Assembly (NCBI GenBank): GCA_963712055.1 | Contig: CAVQGN010000004.1 | Location: 291,813-355,812, forward strand | DNA: 64,000 nucleotides | Origin: an uncultured Chloroflexia bacterium | Lineage (GTDB): Bacteria > Chloroflexota > Chloroflexia > Thermomicrobiales > UBA6265 | Direction: 5' to 3' | Part shown: piece after piece, positions 50,899 through 60,387 of the stretch | Layout: each line of letters starts with the position of its first letter | Numbering within the stretch: position 1 is the stretch's first letter | Program-made: the position numbers and the translations under genes | Notes under the pieces: model-generated | Told to the model about the DNA's origin: nothing | Seen by the model: only the letters and a program-made list of their open reading frames with translations | The model's database searches: none

Positions 50899-51797
50899 GT
50901 CAGCATCCACGCTCGTATCTCTCGATACCAGCATCCAATCAGGCGATGATTGCCAAGGGCCTGGATCGAGGCGCGGATCTGCCTTTTCTGGATCTCGAGG
51001 ATTCGGTGGCGGAAACCGAAAAGGCGGCTGGCAGAGCAAATGTGCTCGCTGTTCTCCAGAGTATTTCGGAAGACGCCCGGATCGCAATCCGAATCAATCC
51101 GGTGGAATCAGCTCATTGCTATCGTGATCTCATCGATTTGGTCGAAGGTGGGGGAGGAGCAATCCGGCGCTTCATCATTCCCAAGGTCGACAGCCGTGAT
51201 GATGTCGTGATGGTGGCTCGGCTGCTCGATCAGATCGAGCGTGGAATCGGTCGCGAGCATCAGATCGAGCTTGACGCTCAGATCGAGTCGGCCAGCGGAC
51301 TAGTCAATTGCGAGTCGATCGCTTTTGCCTCACCCCGGCTCTGCTCACTGGTGTTTGGTCCAGGAGATTACGCTGCTTCGGTCGGCATTCCAACGGACGG
51401 GATCGGCGCGTTCGATGACTGGGACGATCACTATCCCGGTCATCGCTGGCACTACGCCATGAGCAGAATTCTGGTCGCAGCAAAAGCGGCCGGACTCGAT
51501 GCGGTCGATGGTCCCTATGCGGCTTTTCAGGATGAAACCGGTTTGCGTCGCTCGGCCATGATTGCCCGCGCAATCGGTTTCAACGGAAAGTGGTGCATCC
51601 ATCCCCGCCAGATCGAAACCGTGAACGAGGTGTTCTGCCCGAGCCAGGATGAGCTCGACCGGGCCGGACGGGTGCTGAGCGCATGGAAAGAAGCTGCAGC
51701 TGCCGGTCGGGGATCGATCGAATTCGATGGTCAGATGATCGACGAGGCATCGGCGAAGATCGCGGCGGAGACGATTCGTCGGGCGGGTGCTGACTGA
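50895..51797 (+). CDS. CitE/HpcH-HpaI family CoA ester lyase
   Basis: RSYLSIP, DLEDSV, IPKV, IES, GPGDY, GKWCIHP.Q. Confidence 0.9.
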   Translation: MSQHPRSYLSIPASNQAMIAKGLDRGADLPFLDLEDSVAETEKAAGRANVLAVLQSISEDARIAIRINPVESAHCYRDLIDLVEGGGGAIRRFIIPKVDSRDDVVMVARLLDQIERGIGREHQIELDAQIESASGLVNCESIAFASPRLCSLVFGPGDYAASVGIPTDGIGAFDDWDDHYPGHRWHYAMSRILVAAKAAGLDAVDGPYAAFQDETGLRRSAMIARAIGFNGKWCIHPRQIETVNEVFCPSQDELDRAGRVLSAWKEAAAAGRGSIEFDGQMIDEASAKIAAETIRRAGAD

Positions 51798-51817
51798 TTT
51801 GCCGATACCGGGAAACC

Positions 51818-51850
51818 AAAAAACCGGGCCGTGAAAAACGGCCCGGTTCT
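51818..51850. terminator. Bidirectional terminator
   Basis: AAAAAACCGGGCCGT-GAAAA-ACGGCCCGGTT between convergent genes. Confidence 0.85.
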
Positions 51851-51875
51851 GGCTGTGTTTCGAAAAAGAAAGGGA

Positions 51876-52376
51876 TCAGGCGTCTTCGCTGACGGCGTCC
51901 ACGATCTCTTCCACGATTTCCGCGACTTCAGCTTCGATTTCGGCTTCTTCAGCAACGACAGTGGCTTCTTTCTCGACAACCTCAGCAGTTGCGGCGATTT
52001 CAGCAGCACGGGCTGCTTCTTCCTCGGCCGCAATCGCGCGAGCAGCGGCGCGGGCAGCTTCTTCTTCGGCAGCGGCTTTGGCCGCGAGCTCTTCCTGGCG
52101 CTGTCGCTCTGCCCGGAGTTTTTCGTTGCGCTCGTTGATCCGCTGCTGGCGCTTGGATGGCCGCTGGTCGGTCGTCGACGCGGCCTCGACGCGCTTCATG
52201 AAGCGTTCAACCTGGCCCGCAGTGTCCACAATGCGTTGCTCACCGGTGTAGAACGGATGGCATACGCTGCAAAGATCAATACGCAACTGCGGTTTGGTCG
52301 AGCGAGTCTCAAAAACCGATCCGCACGCGCAGACAACTTCAGCGGTGTCGTAATTCGGGTGAATGCCTGACTTCAT
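51876..52376 (-). CDS. rpmE: 50S ribosomal protein L31 (Zn-ribbon type) with a long C-terminal extension
   Basis: [29 protein letters not shown]. Confidence 0.96.
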   Translation of the reverse strand: MKSGIHPNYDTAEVVCACGSVFETRSTKPQLRIDLCSVCHPFYTGEQRIVDTAGQVERFMKRVEAASTTDQRPSKRQQRINERNEKLRAERQRQEELAAKAAAEEEAARAAARAIAAEEEAARAAEIAATAEVVEKEATVVAEEAEIEAEVAEIVEEIVDAVSEDA

Positions 52377-52418
52377 TATGATTCTGCTTCTCCTGGAAAC
52401 CCTTACTCGAATGGATGC

Positions 52419-52742
52419 TTAGTCAGCGGCGGTGGCAACCGGTGCTGCGTTTGTCCGACCGTCCGGATTACCGCCAACGGGGTAGACACTCTCTGGATAG
52501 ACGGAGATCTGTTTCTTCTGGCGACTGATCTGTTCGAACTTCACCACGCCGTCGATTTTGGCGTAGATCGTGTGATCTTTGCCGATGCCGACATTGTTGC
52601 CGACCCAGAACTGAGTGCCACGCTGGCGAACAACGATGGTGCCTGAGCGAACATACTCACCGTCATAGCGTTTAACACCAAGCCGCTGCGAATTGCTGTC
52701 ACGTCCGTTGCGGGAACTCCCGACGCCTTTTTTGTGAGCCAT
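52419..52742 (-). CDS. rpmA: 50S ribosomal protein L27
   Basis: [21 protein letters not shown]. Confidence 0.98.
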   Translation of the reverse strand: MAHKKGVGSSRNGRDSNSQRLGVKRYDGEYVRSGTIVVRQRGTQFWVGNNVGIGKDHTIYAKIDGVVKFEQISRQKKQISVYPESVYPVGGNPDGRTNAAPVATAAD

Positions 52743-52770
52743 TGTGCAGGTCCTTTCAGGATGTCCGGGA

Positions 52771-53130
52771 CTAGCCCTGGATACCGGTGATGGTCAAACG
52801 GGTCAGCGCCTGACGATGGCCAGTGCGTCTGCGGTAGTTCTTCTTGGGCTTGTACTTGAAAACGACAATCTTTTCGCCTCGGAAGTGATCGTCAATTGTT
52901 GCAGTGACGGCCGCGCCATCGACAACCGGGGTCCCGATCTGAACAACTTCACCACCACCGATGAGAAGAACCCGGTCGATCGTGATTTCGGCGCCAACGT
53001 CATCGGCGAGTCGCTCGACATTAATCGAATCACCAACAGCGACGCGATATTGCTTGCCACCAGTTTCCATAATCGCGTATCGGTTTTCTGTTACCACGTC
53101 GTCTGATTTTGCTGCGTTCTTGGTAGCCAT
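52771..53130 (-). CDS. rplU: 50S ribosomal protein L21
   Basis: [21 protein letters not shown]. Confidence 0.98.
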   Translation of the reverse strand: MATKNAAKSDDVVTENRYAIMETGGKQYRVAVGDSINVERLADDVGAEITIDRVLLIGGGEVVQIGTPVVDGAAVTATIDDHFRGEKIVVFKYKPKKNYRRRTGHRQALTRLTITGIQG

Positions 53131-53368
53131 ATCCACGAATCTGCCTTATGCGATTTCGATTCTGACATCACAAAACGGGCACACTCGTGCCCATAAGCGC
53201 TCCACTATACCACACGCTTCCTGGCAACTGGCACCACGCTCACGACAGGATCGATTGAAAAGCAATTGTAAATGGACCGACCTTGGCCAGCTTCCCATCC
53301 ATATAATCATGAACAACATAACGTGTTCGTTCGCTGACGTGCGTCGGCAGCCCGGAGGAGTGAAACCA

Positions 53369-54175
53369 TTGAGTACCCCAGCTAGTTCTGACGTGATGGT
53401 TCCGACAATTCTGGTCGTTGATGACGAACGATCGTTGCTGGATGCGATTGCTTACAGTTTGCGCAAAGAAGGGTGGAAGGTCGAAACATCCGTTGACGGC
53501 GTGGACGCGGTGAACAAGTCACGGACGTTGCGACCAGATCTCGTCGTGCTCGATGTCATGCTGCCGGGGATGGATGGTATCCAGGTCTGTCGCAGAATCA
53601 GAGCGTTCTCGGATATGCCCGTGGTTTTTCTATCGGCAAAAGGGGAAGATTTCGATCGAATTCTCGGTCTCGAAATCGGTGCCGATGACTACCTGACCAA
53701 GCCCTTTGTGATGCGGGAGCTGGTGGCCCGCGTGCGCGCCAATCTCCGCCGAGTTGCACCGACGCAGACGGGAACTACCTCGGCTGTGACGGACAGCGGC
53801 AACCGCCCGCTGCAGTACGGCGGCGTCGTTCAGGTTGACGACTCGATCACCGGATCGCATCGAGTCGGACCGGTTGAGATCGATGTCGACGGTCGGGCAG
53901 TGCGGGTGAGTGGCAAACCCGTGGCGCTCAAGCCGAAAGAATTCGAATTGCTAGCGTATCTGATGGCCCGGCCGGGCACGGCTGTTTCCCGCGAAACGCT
54001 TTTGCGGGATGTTTGGCACTATTCCGTCAGCATTGATACTCGGACCGTCGATGTGCACATCCGTGCTTTGCGCCGCGCGATCGAGGAAAACCCATCCGAA
54101 CCACTGCTGCTCGAAACGGTCAGGGGTCATGGCTATCGCTTTCGCGACCCGGCCGGTATCCCGCTTGCATCGTGA
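53369..54175 (+). CDS. OmpR/PhoB family response regulator (PhoB/RegX3-like)
   Basis: TTG after GGAGGAG; VVDDE, LDVMLPG, GADDYLTKPF, RTVDVHI, TVRGHGYRF. Confidence 0.93.
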   Translation: MSTPASSDVMVPTILVVDDERSLLDAIAYSLRKEGWKVETSVDGVDAVNKSRTLRPDLVVLDVMLPGMDGIQVCRRIRAFSDMPVVFLSAKGEDFDRILGLEIGADDYLTKPFVMRELVARVRANLRRVAPTQTGTTSAVTDSGNRPLQYGGVVQVDDSITGSHRVGPVEIDVDGRAVRVSGKPVALKPKEFELLAYLMARPGTAVSRETLLRDVWHYSVSIDTRTVDVHIRALRRAIEENPSEPLLLETVRGHGYRFRDPAGIPLAS

Positions 54176-54203
54176 TCCTCTTCGCGAGGCGTGATTATCG
54201 CTA

Positions 54204-56015
54204 ATGCGAACGTTCCTACCGGACACCATTAGGGGACGGCTGGTCGCGACCTATGTTCTTTTCTTTTTGCTTATTGCGCTTCCACTTTCACTTTACGTAG
54301 GCACCCAGGCGTTTCGCGCCAATCAGGAAGATCGGAGGGAGGTCTTCGCGCAGCAGTCTTTCATGATTGTGGCGTCTCTCAGCGATTCGGTCGGCCGCGA
54401 CGAACCAGCCGGCACAACCTCGTTGGTAGAACAACTCAGCGCTGCTTCGGATTTGCCGATTGCCGTTGTCGATAGTGGCGGAGCGCTTCTTTACCGTTCG
54501 ACGGGCAACCCTTTGAGCGCCGTCGAAATCAATCTGTTGCTCGCCGCGGTTTCTCCGGAATCCCAGGCCAGTTCCGTGTCGATTCAGGAACGTGATGGAG
54601 AAATCGGCGCGTCTGGTCTTGTCGCAAGTTCGCCCTCGCGTTACGCGCTCATTGGTCCGACAGCGATGAAAACAGGACTCCCATTCGGGGATATCTGGCC
54701 CCAGCTCCTCGTGGGAATGCTGATCTCGTCCGCTGTGCTGGCGCTTTTTTCTTGGGCCGTTGCTGGGCAGATCGCCCGGCCATTGGAAGATCTGGCGGGT
54801 CAGGTGCGCGGCGCCCAGCCTGGCAATCTGAAGGTCACGATCCAACCTGTCTCGCCGAGGGAGATCATGGCGTTGGCGAACGCGTTCAATCAACTCGGAT
54901 CGCACGCTCTGGGCATTGCCTCAAGCAGTGAGCGTCAGCGAACGCTACTCGAAACAATTTTCAACAGCCTTAACGAAGGGGTTGTGGTCGTCAACGACCA
55001 GGAGCAAGTGATCCTCGCCAATGACCCGGCGCAGCGCACGCTCGACGTCAAGGTCAAACCGGGCACCGTGATGCCACTAGTCGTGGCGGTTCGGGATCAC
55101 GAACTGATCACCCACTATCGCGCGACGATGCGTTCAGGTGTCCCGGCGGTGGGATCGATTCAATATGCCCGCCACGGGAGACTTCTCGAAGCGACTGTTA
55201 TTCCTGTGGATGATCGCGGCGCGTCGCTCGGAATCGTCGTGGTCCGTGACGTCACTGAATTGCGCAGGCTGGAGTCAGTGCGCAAAGAATTCGTCGCGAA
55301 TGTCTCCCATGAGTTGAGAACGCCGCTGGCGTCGATCCGTGCGTTGGCAGACACGCTCGAAGGAGGAGCCATCGATGACCGGGATGTTGCCTATGACTTC
55401 TCCCGTCGAATCGTGGATGAATCAGATCGCCTCGCCACGTTGGTCGACGAACTGCTCGATCTGGCGGCGCTCGAATCTGGCCGCATGCGCATCGCTACTC
55501 TTGCGGTTGCGCCAGGTGAGCTCATCTCCAAGAGTGCGGAACGCCTTTCCGGACAGGTCGAGCAAGCTGACCTCACATTGACCATCGATGTTCCGGTCGG
55601 GTTGCCAGATGTTGAGGCTGACCAGGCCAAGATCGAACAGGTGATCCTGAATCTCATTCACAACGCGATCAAATTCACACCCGCTGGCGGGGAGATCAGT
55701 ATCAGCGCACGCGAAGCTGGAGAAAACGTCGAGTTCGTTGTTTCCGATTCTGGCGAGGGGATCCCGGACGAGGAACTCGGGCGAGTGTTCGAACGGTTCT
55801 ACAAAGCGGACCGAGCGCGCACATCCCAGGGTACGGGCCTCGGTCTGGCAATCTCGAAGCATATCGTCCAGGCACACGGCGGGGAAATTTGGGCCGAAAC
55901 TGGAATTCCCCGAGGCGCAACGATCAGATTCACGCTACCTCGTGCCACTGAGCAGCCTATCGTCGCCCTGAACGGGGATCAAGCGCATCCTGCAAACCAT
56001 CTCCCAGCACGTTGA
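54204..56015 (+). CDS. Sensor histidine kinase (PhoR-like: 2 TM, HAMP, PAS, HisKA, HATPase)
   Basis: EFVANVSHELRTPL, NAIKF, FERFYKADRAR, GTGLGLAI.KH. Confidence 0.93.
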   Translation: MRTFLPDTIRGRLVATYVLFFLLIALPLSLYVGTQAFRANQEDRREVFAQQSFMIVASLSDSVGRDEPAGTTSLVEQLSAASDLPIAVVDSGGALLYRSTGNPLSAVEINLLLAAVSPESQASSVSIQERDGEIGASGLVASSPSRYALIGPTAMKTGLPFGDIWPQLLVGMLISSAVLALFSWAVAGQIARPLEDLAGQVRGAQPGNLKVTIQPVSPREIMALANAFNQLGSHALGIASSSERQRTLLETIFNSLNEGVVVVNDQEQVILANDPAQRTLDVKVKPGTVMPLVVAVRDHELITHYRATMRSGVPAVGSIQYARHGRLLEATVIPVDDRGASLGIVVVRDVTELRRLESVRKEFVANVSHELRTPLASIRALADTLEGGAIDDRDVAYDFSRRIVDESDRLATLVDELLDLAALESGRMRIATLAVAPGELISKSAERLSGQVEQADLTLTIDVPVGLPDVEADQAKIEQVILNLIHNAIKFTPAGGEISISAREAGENVEFVVSDSGEGIPDEELGRVFERFYKADRARTSQGTGLGLAISKHIVQAHGGEIWAETGIPRGATIRFTLPRATEQPIVALNGDQAHPANHLPAR

Positions 56016-56880
56016 ACGCAAAAACCGTCAACGTGAGCGCCACGCCGGGAAAGGTCATGTACCACCACGCGTCTCGGAAATAGTTGCGAGCGGTCGAAAG
56101 CATGGTGCCCCATTCTGGCGAGGGTGGCTGCGCGCCGAGACCGATGAAACTTAGCGAACTCGTCGCGAGGACCGCATAACCAACATCTAGGGTCATCTGG
56201 ATAATGATGACGGCAACGGCATTCGGAAGAATGTGACGCGCGATCAGCCGACTGCGCGACATTCCGATACTCCGGGCAGCTTCGATATAGTCTCGTTGTT
56301 TAATCGAAAGCACCTGGGCGCGAACTAGCCGCGCATACCACGGCCAGAAGACCGTCGCGAGCGCGATCATTGTGTTGCGCAAGTCTCGTCCAAGCGAGGC
56401 AGCGATGGCGATGGCGAGGATCAGGGCCGGAAACGCCAGAAACATGTCGGTTAGCCGCATCAGGACTTCATCGACCATTCCGCCGGCATAGCCGGCAATC
56501 AAGCCGACCACCGTGCCGAAAACAACCGCGAAACTGAGGACGAAAACCGCGACCTGAAGGGAGACTCGAGTGCCCACGATAATCCGGCTCATCAGATCAC
56601 GTCCAAGCTCATCCGTCCCGAGCGGATGCGCGGTCGACGGCGGCAGCAGTTTTGAGGCCGTGATGTCCTGGGCATAGGGATCGTATGGGACGATCCAAGA
56701 GCCGAAAAACGCGAAGAAAAAGAAAAAGCCGACGATGATCAGCCCAATCAGATTCAGGCGATTGCCGACAAGAAAACGCTTGAGATTCCGCCGGAGCTGA
56801 CTCTGCGGACGGCGATGGACCTCCCCAAGTTCTGAGCCCATTAGCCCTGGTACGTCCACCATTCCTGATTCGACACTCAT
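55957..56880 (-). CDS. Peptide/nickel ABC permease (DppC/OppC family)
   Basis: HPLGTDELGRD, YIEAARSIG, HILPN, PEWG, GDGLQD.LDP; ATG 56880 overlaps the DppB-like stop. Confidence 0.92.
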   Translation of the reverse strand: MSVESGMVDVPGLMGSELGEVHRRPQSQLRRNLKRFLVGNRLNLIGLIIVGFFFFFAFFGSWIVPYDPYAQDITASKLLPPSTAHPLGTDELGRDLMSRIIVGTRVSLQVAVFVLSFAVVFGTVVGLIAGYAGGMVDEVLMRLTDMFLAFPALILAIAIAASLGRDLRNTMIALATVFWPWYARLVRAQVLSIKQRDYIEAARSIGMSRSRLIARHILPNAVAVIIIQMTLDVGYAVLATSSLSFIGLGAQPPSPEWGTMLSTARNYFRDAWWYMTFPGVALTLTVFAFNVLGDGLQDALDPRSGRR

Positions 56881-57887
56881 GAGTATGCGATCCGGGGATC
56901 GAGAAAGAGATAGAGAATGTCGACGAGGAGATTCACCAGCACAAAGATGAGCGCAATGACCAGGGTCGTTGCCATGATGGCGTTGTAGTCGATCTGAAGG
57001 ATCGCCTGAACGGCATATCGACCGACCCCCGGCCAGGAAAAGACAATCTCGACGAGAAATGCACCGGACAGGAGAAGGCCGACTTGCAGGCCCAGTGATG
57101 TCACCGCCGGCAACAACGCGTTCTTGAGCGCGTGCTTCTGAACGACAGATCGTTGAGCGAGACCCTTGGCTCGGGCAGTGCGGATGTAATCCTGGTTCAG
57201 CACCTCGAGCATTCCACCACGAACCATCCGGGTGATGACCGCCAGCGATCCATAGGCCAACACGATCGTTGGCAGTAAGAGGTGTTGCCACGACAACCAA
57301 AAAGTTTCCCAGTTGCCGGTGAGGAGCGAATCGACCGTGTAGAGACCGGTGATTTGCGTAGGCGGATCGACCCGATCAGGCAAACGTTGTCCGTCCGGTA
57401 ACCAACCGAGCTTGCCAAAAAAGATGAACTGCATCACCAGCGCCAGCCAGAAAACGGGTAGTGCCAGGCCAGTAATGGAGATGAAGCGCGCTGCGTGGTC
57501 GAAAAGCGAGTCGCGCTTTACAGCTGAAAGCACCCCGAGTGGCACACCGACCATCGTGGAGAGGATGAAGGCGTATAACCCGAGTTCGATCGTCGCCGGA
57601 AGATAGCGAGCGAGATCCTCGCTTACGGGTTTCCTGGAGGTGAAGGAGCGCCCAAAATCAAGATGGACGATGCCTTCGATGTAGTCGATGTATTGCTTGT
57701 GATACGGCTGATCGAGACCGTACTCCTGTTCGATTTTTTCGACCGTGGCCTGACTTGCCCTGGGCCCGGCAATCAATCGCGCCGGATTCGCCGGGATGAG
57801 ATGGGAGAGCGCGAAGGTCACCATCGACAAACCGATGAGAACGAAAACAAGAAAGACCAACCGACGAAGAATGAGTCGGACTATCAA
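56877..57887 (-). CDS. Peptide/nickel ABC permease (DppB/OppB family)
   Basis: GLDQP, DFGRS, PATIEL, YIRTARAKGL, FSWPGVG, DPRI. Confidence 0.92.
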   Translation of the reverse strand: MIVRLILRRLVFLVFVLIGLSMVTFALSHLIPANPARLIAGPRASQATVEKIEQEYGLDQPYHKQYIDYIEGIVHLDFGRSFTSRKPVSEDLARYLPATIELGLYAFILSTMVGVPLGVLSAVKRDSLFDHAARFISITGLALPVFWLALVMQFIFFGKLGWLPDGQRLPDRVDPPTQITGLYTVDSLLTGNWETFWLSWQHLLLPTIVLAYGSLAVITRMVRGGMLEVLNQDYIRTARAKGLAQRSVVQKHALKNALLPAVTSLGLQVGLLLSGAFLVEIVFSWPGVGRYAVQAILQIDYNAIMATTLVIALIFVLVNLLVDILYLFLDPRIAYS

Positions 57888-58303
57888 CGGCGGCTGACTC
57901 CTCGCTCAACGGGGCCGGGGGTGAACGCACAAGAAAGGAAATGTTACAGCGATCTCTGTGTGACCGGGCAAGGCCGCTTCAGGGGTTCCTGGATTTTTGG
58001 AAGGTCACATTCCCGTGCGGATGATTGCGTCCCACATTCGGATCAATCTGTGACACCTAGTATATCCACCGAAGTCCGTGGCTCGCGGAAAAGGTTGTGA
58101 AGCCGACTGAGAGTGTTTTGGGGATGCATGGCAACTGCCACGAACGAAAACACCACGTTCGAAGCAACGGCAAAGTCGCCTGAAACCATTCCTGAGTGGT
58201 ACTCTGATCATGGTGGATGACGCCTCGCGCGGCCGCGCAGGTGGCGATGTCAACGGAAACCATTGTCAAGTCTTGTTCCTCGCGTGCTGGCGGCGAAATC
58301 CTT

Positions 58304-60352
58304 ATGAACATTTCTTCGAAATACCGGGCAACACCAGTTGCTATTCAGAGATTCATTCCGTTTCTTGCTGCTGCATTGTTCCTACTATCGGCTGCGCTTC
58401 CCAGCTCGATGGCGTTGGCTGCGCCATCGACCGGAAATCGAGTTGAGCAGCTTTCGGCGCAGACGCCGGATTGGCTGAGCGACGAGAGTGCTTCACGTCT
58501 TGATGTTGGCATCGATGTTCTGGCCCCGTCCTACCTCCCTGGCCCATTCGGCGGAGAACCGGAGATCCAGGCATCCGACGGTTACTACAGCCTGTATTGG
58601 CTTCAGGCCGGAGCGCCGCCGACCTTTTTGCAGGTAACTGGCACGTATGGGGGTGAGATCCCGGCGTTTTCCTACTACGATCGAAACGTACAACTCGTTC
58701 AGAATGCAAGTGCGCTGGGGTATCCGGCCTACCGCGACATTTCCCCGATTTACGACGTCATCTACTGGAAAATTGGGGACGTTCTCTACACGGTTGAAAG
58801 CCACAATCTGAGCGACGGCGACTCTATGACGGTGGTTGATTCGCTGATGTATGTCACGCCTCCGGCGACCGCCCCAGGCGCTGAAGAACCAACTTTGCCG
58901 ACCGAAGAACCGGCGCCAGCCGAGCGGAACTTTTCCATTGGCGCACCATCATCCGTCAACGCAGGTGAAATTGCCCGGATAGGTGTCGATGGCTCCGGCG
59001 ACGTTCTCCTCCGTGCGAGCGACGGCTATTTTGTTGCCACCGGCGAAGCGACTATCGTCGTAAGTGGTGGGGTCGCGGTGGACTGGCAGTCACCATACTA
59101 CGAGTCCGACCAGCAGATCGCGTTCAGCGTCGTCGATCTGGACAGCGGAACAGAACTCGCGGCGACGACCGTTTCGCTGGAGGGATATCTCTCCCAAGGT
59201 GAGCTACTGGCTGCAGACCTGCAATGTCCGGCCGAAGCATCATCTGACCGCCAGGCGAGACTGGCGATAACCGGCAACGGCACGATCGTGCTTTCAGCCA
59301 CGGATGGCGCCTTTCCAGCTGAACAGCAGAATCTGGTCTTCGCGCCGGACGCTGCAGGTGGTGCTCGTATTGCCGGCACCCTTGCGAGCGGTGAAACCGT
59401 TGCTCTTGTCTGGCTCGCTCCAGTGACTCCTCTGACGGCCTATGTCACCGCTACAGACTTGTCGGGCAATGTTCTCGATGAATGTGCGATCAGTGTTACC
59501 GAGGTTGACGGCGCTGGTGATCTTGGTGGACCGGCGGCGGGAATTGACGGTGAATCACCCGGTGATGGAACCGGGATCGTCAATGTCGATCCAAGCATTG
59601 TCAAAAGGGTCATTGCGAACCCGATCGGCTTTGCCGGTGATGCTAGCGGTGGTCCGGAGGCCAATGGTCCCGACTATGGCATGCCGACCGAAGAGGCCGC
59701 GGCGTCCACTGATAGCGCAAATGGTGAAACGGCTTCGACGGGTCGGCGTCCAGAAGCCGCAGAACTGGTGCCAGCGGTTGGAGAGAATGGTCTCCTCGCG
59801 ATCGAGATTTCAAACCAGGGCGGAAGACTGGCCAATCCACAGGGCGCGACGATTGTTGTTCCGCCAGGAGCTTTTGAGGACGCCACCACCGTCATGCTCC
59901 AGCCTGTCGATGATTCCACCCTGCCAGTACAGTCGGGTGTCTCGTTCGTGCCGGGTACGGCTTTCGCGGTGACGTTCAGTGATTCTGATGGTAAAGCCGT
60001 TCAGGATCTGCTGGCACCGGCGACCTTGTCGTTGGCGATGAGATCGGGTCCAACTGGGCAGGGCGCTCGGATTTACGAAATCGCGGGCGATCGCGTGAGA
60101 CCGCTCCCGCTGGCTTCGGAGGACAATGGGTCGGTTTCGGCTGAGATCGATACCATCGCTCAGTACGTTGTCGGTGTTCCGGCTCCGACGGTTGCCGGGA
60201 CGACCAGCTCGGTGAATCCATTCATCATCGGCGGTCTTGGACTTATCGCGTTGCTGTCAGCTGGTTTGCTGATTTCCCGAGGCTTCCAGCGCCGGAAAAC
60301 GCGATTCGTGCCGGTCCGGAAACCGTCGACTTCGCGGGTTCGCTACCGCTAG
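58304..60352 (+). CDS. Large secreted, C-terminally membrane-anchored surface protein with a possible ZU5-like domain
   Basis: Signal peptide; two similar beta-rich repeats (ARIGVDGSG.V.L.ASDG.F / ARLAITGNG.I.L.ATDG.F); GGRL...GATIVVPPGAF; TM helix plus RRK tail. Confidence 0.7.
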   Translation: MNISSKYRATPVAIQRFIPFLAAALFLLSAALPSSMALAAPSTGNRVEQLSAQTPDWLSDESASRLDVGIDVLAPSYLPGPFGGEPEIQASDGYYSLYWLQAGAPPTFLQVTGTYGGEIPAFSYYDRNVQLVQNASALGYPAYRDISPIYDVIYWKIGDVLYTVESHNLSDGDSMTVVDSLMYVTPPATAPGAEEPTLPTEEPAPAERNFSIGAPSSVNAGEIARIGVDGSGDVLLRASDGYFVATGEATIVVSGGVAVDWQSPYYESDQQIAFSVVDLDSGTELAATTVSLEGYLSQGELLAADLQCPAEASSDRQARLAITGNGTIVLSATDGAFPAEQQNLVFAPDAAGGARIAGTLASGETVALVWLAPVTPLTAYVTATDLSGNVLDECAISVTEVDGAGDLGGPAAGIDGESPGDGTGIVNVDPSIVKRVIANPIGFAGDASGGPEANGPDYGMPTEEAAASTDSANGETASTGRRPEAAELVPAVGENGLLAIEISNQGGRLANPQGATIVVPPGAFEDATTVMLQPVDDSTLPVQSGVSFVPGTAFAVTFSDSDGKAVQDLLAPATLSLAMRSGPTGQGARIYEIAGDRVRPLPLASEDNGSVSAEIDTIAQYVVGVPAPTVAGTTSSVNPFIIGGLGLIALLSAGLLISRGFQRRKTRFVPVRKPSTSRVRYR

Positions 60353-60387
60353 CACACGTTCCTATCTCCTTAGTGAAGTTTCAACGA

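Noticed and set aside
53137-53215. L21 leader RNA (hairpin GGGCAC-GAGT-GTGCCC)
   Set aside because: One small hairpin is not enough to assign the family without a covariance search.
58168-58225. GGCAAAGTCGCC...GATGACGC resembling the c-di-GMP-I riboswitch P2
   Set aside because: It has no GNRA-capped stem, no AAA after GACGC and no tetraloop receptor.
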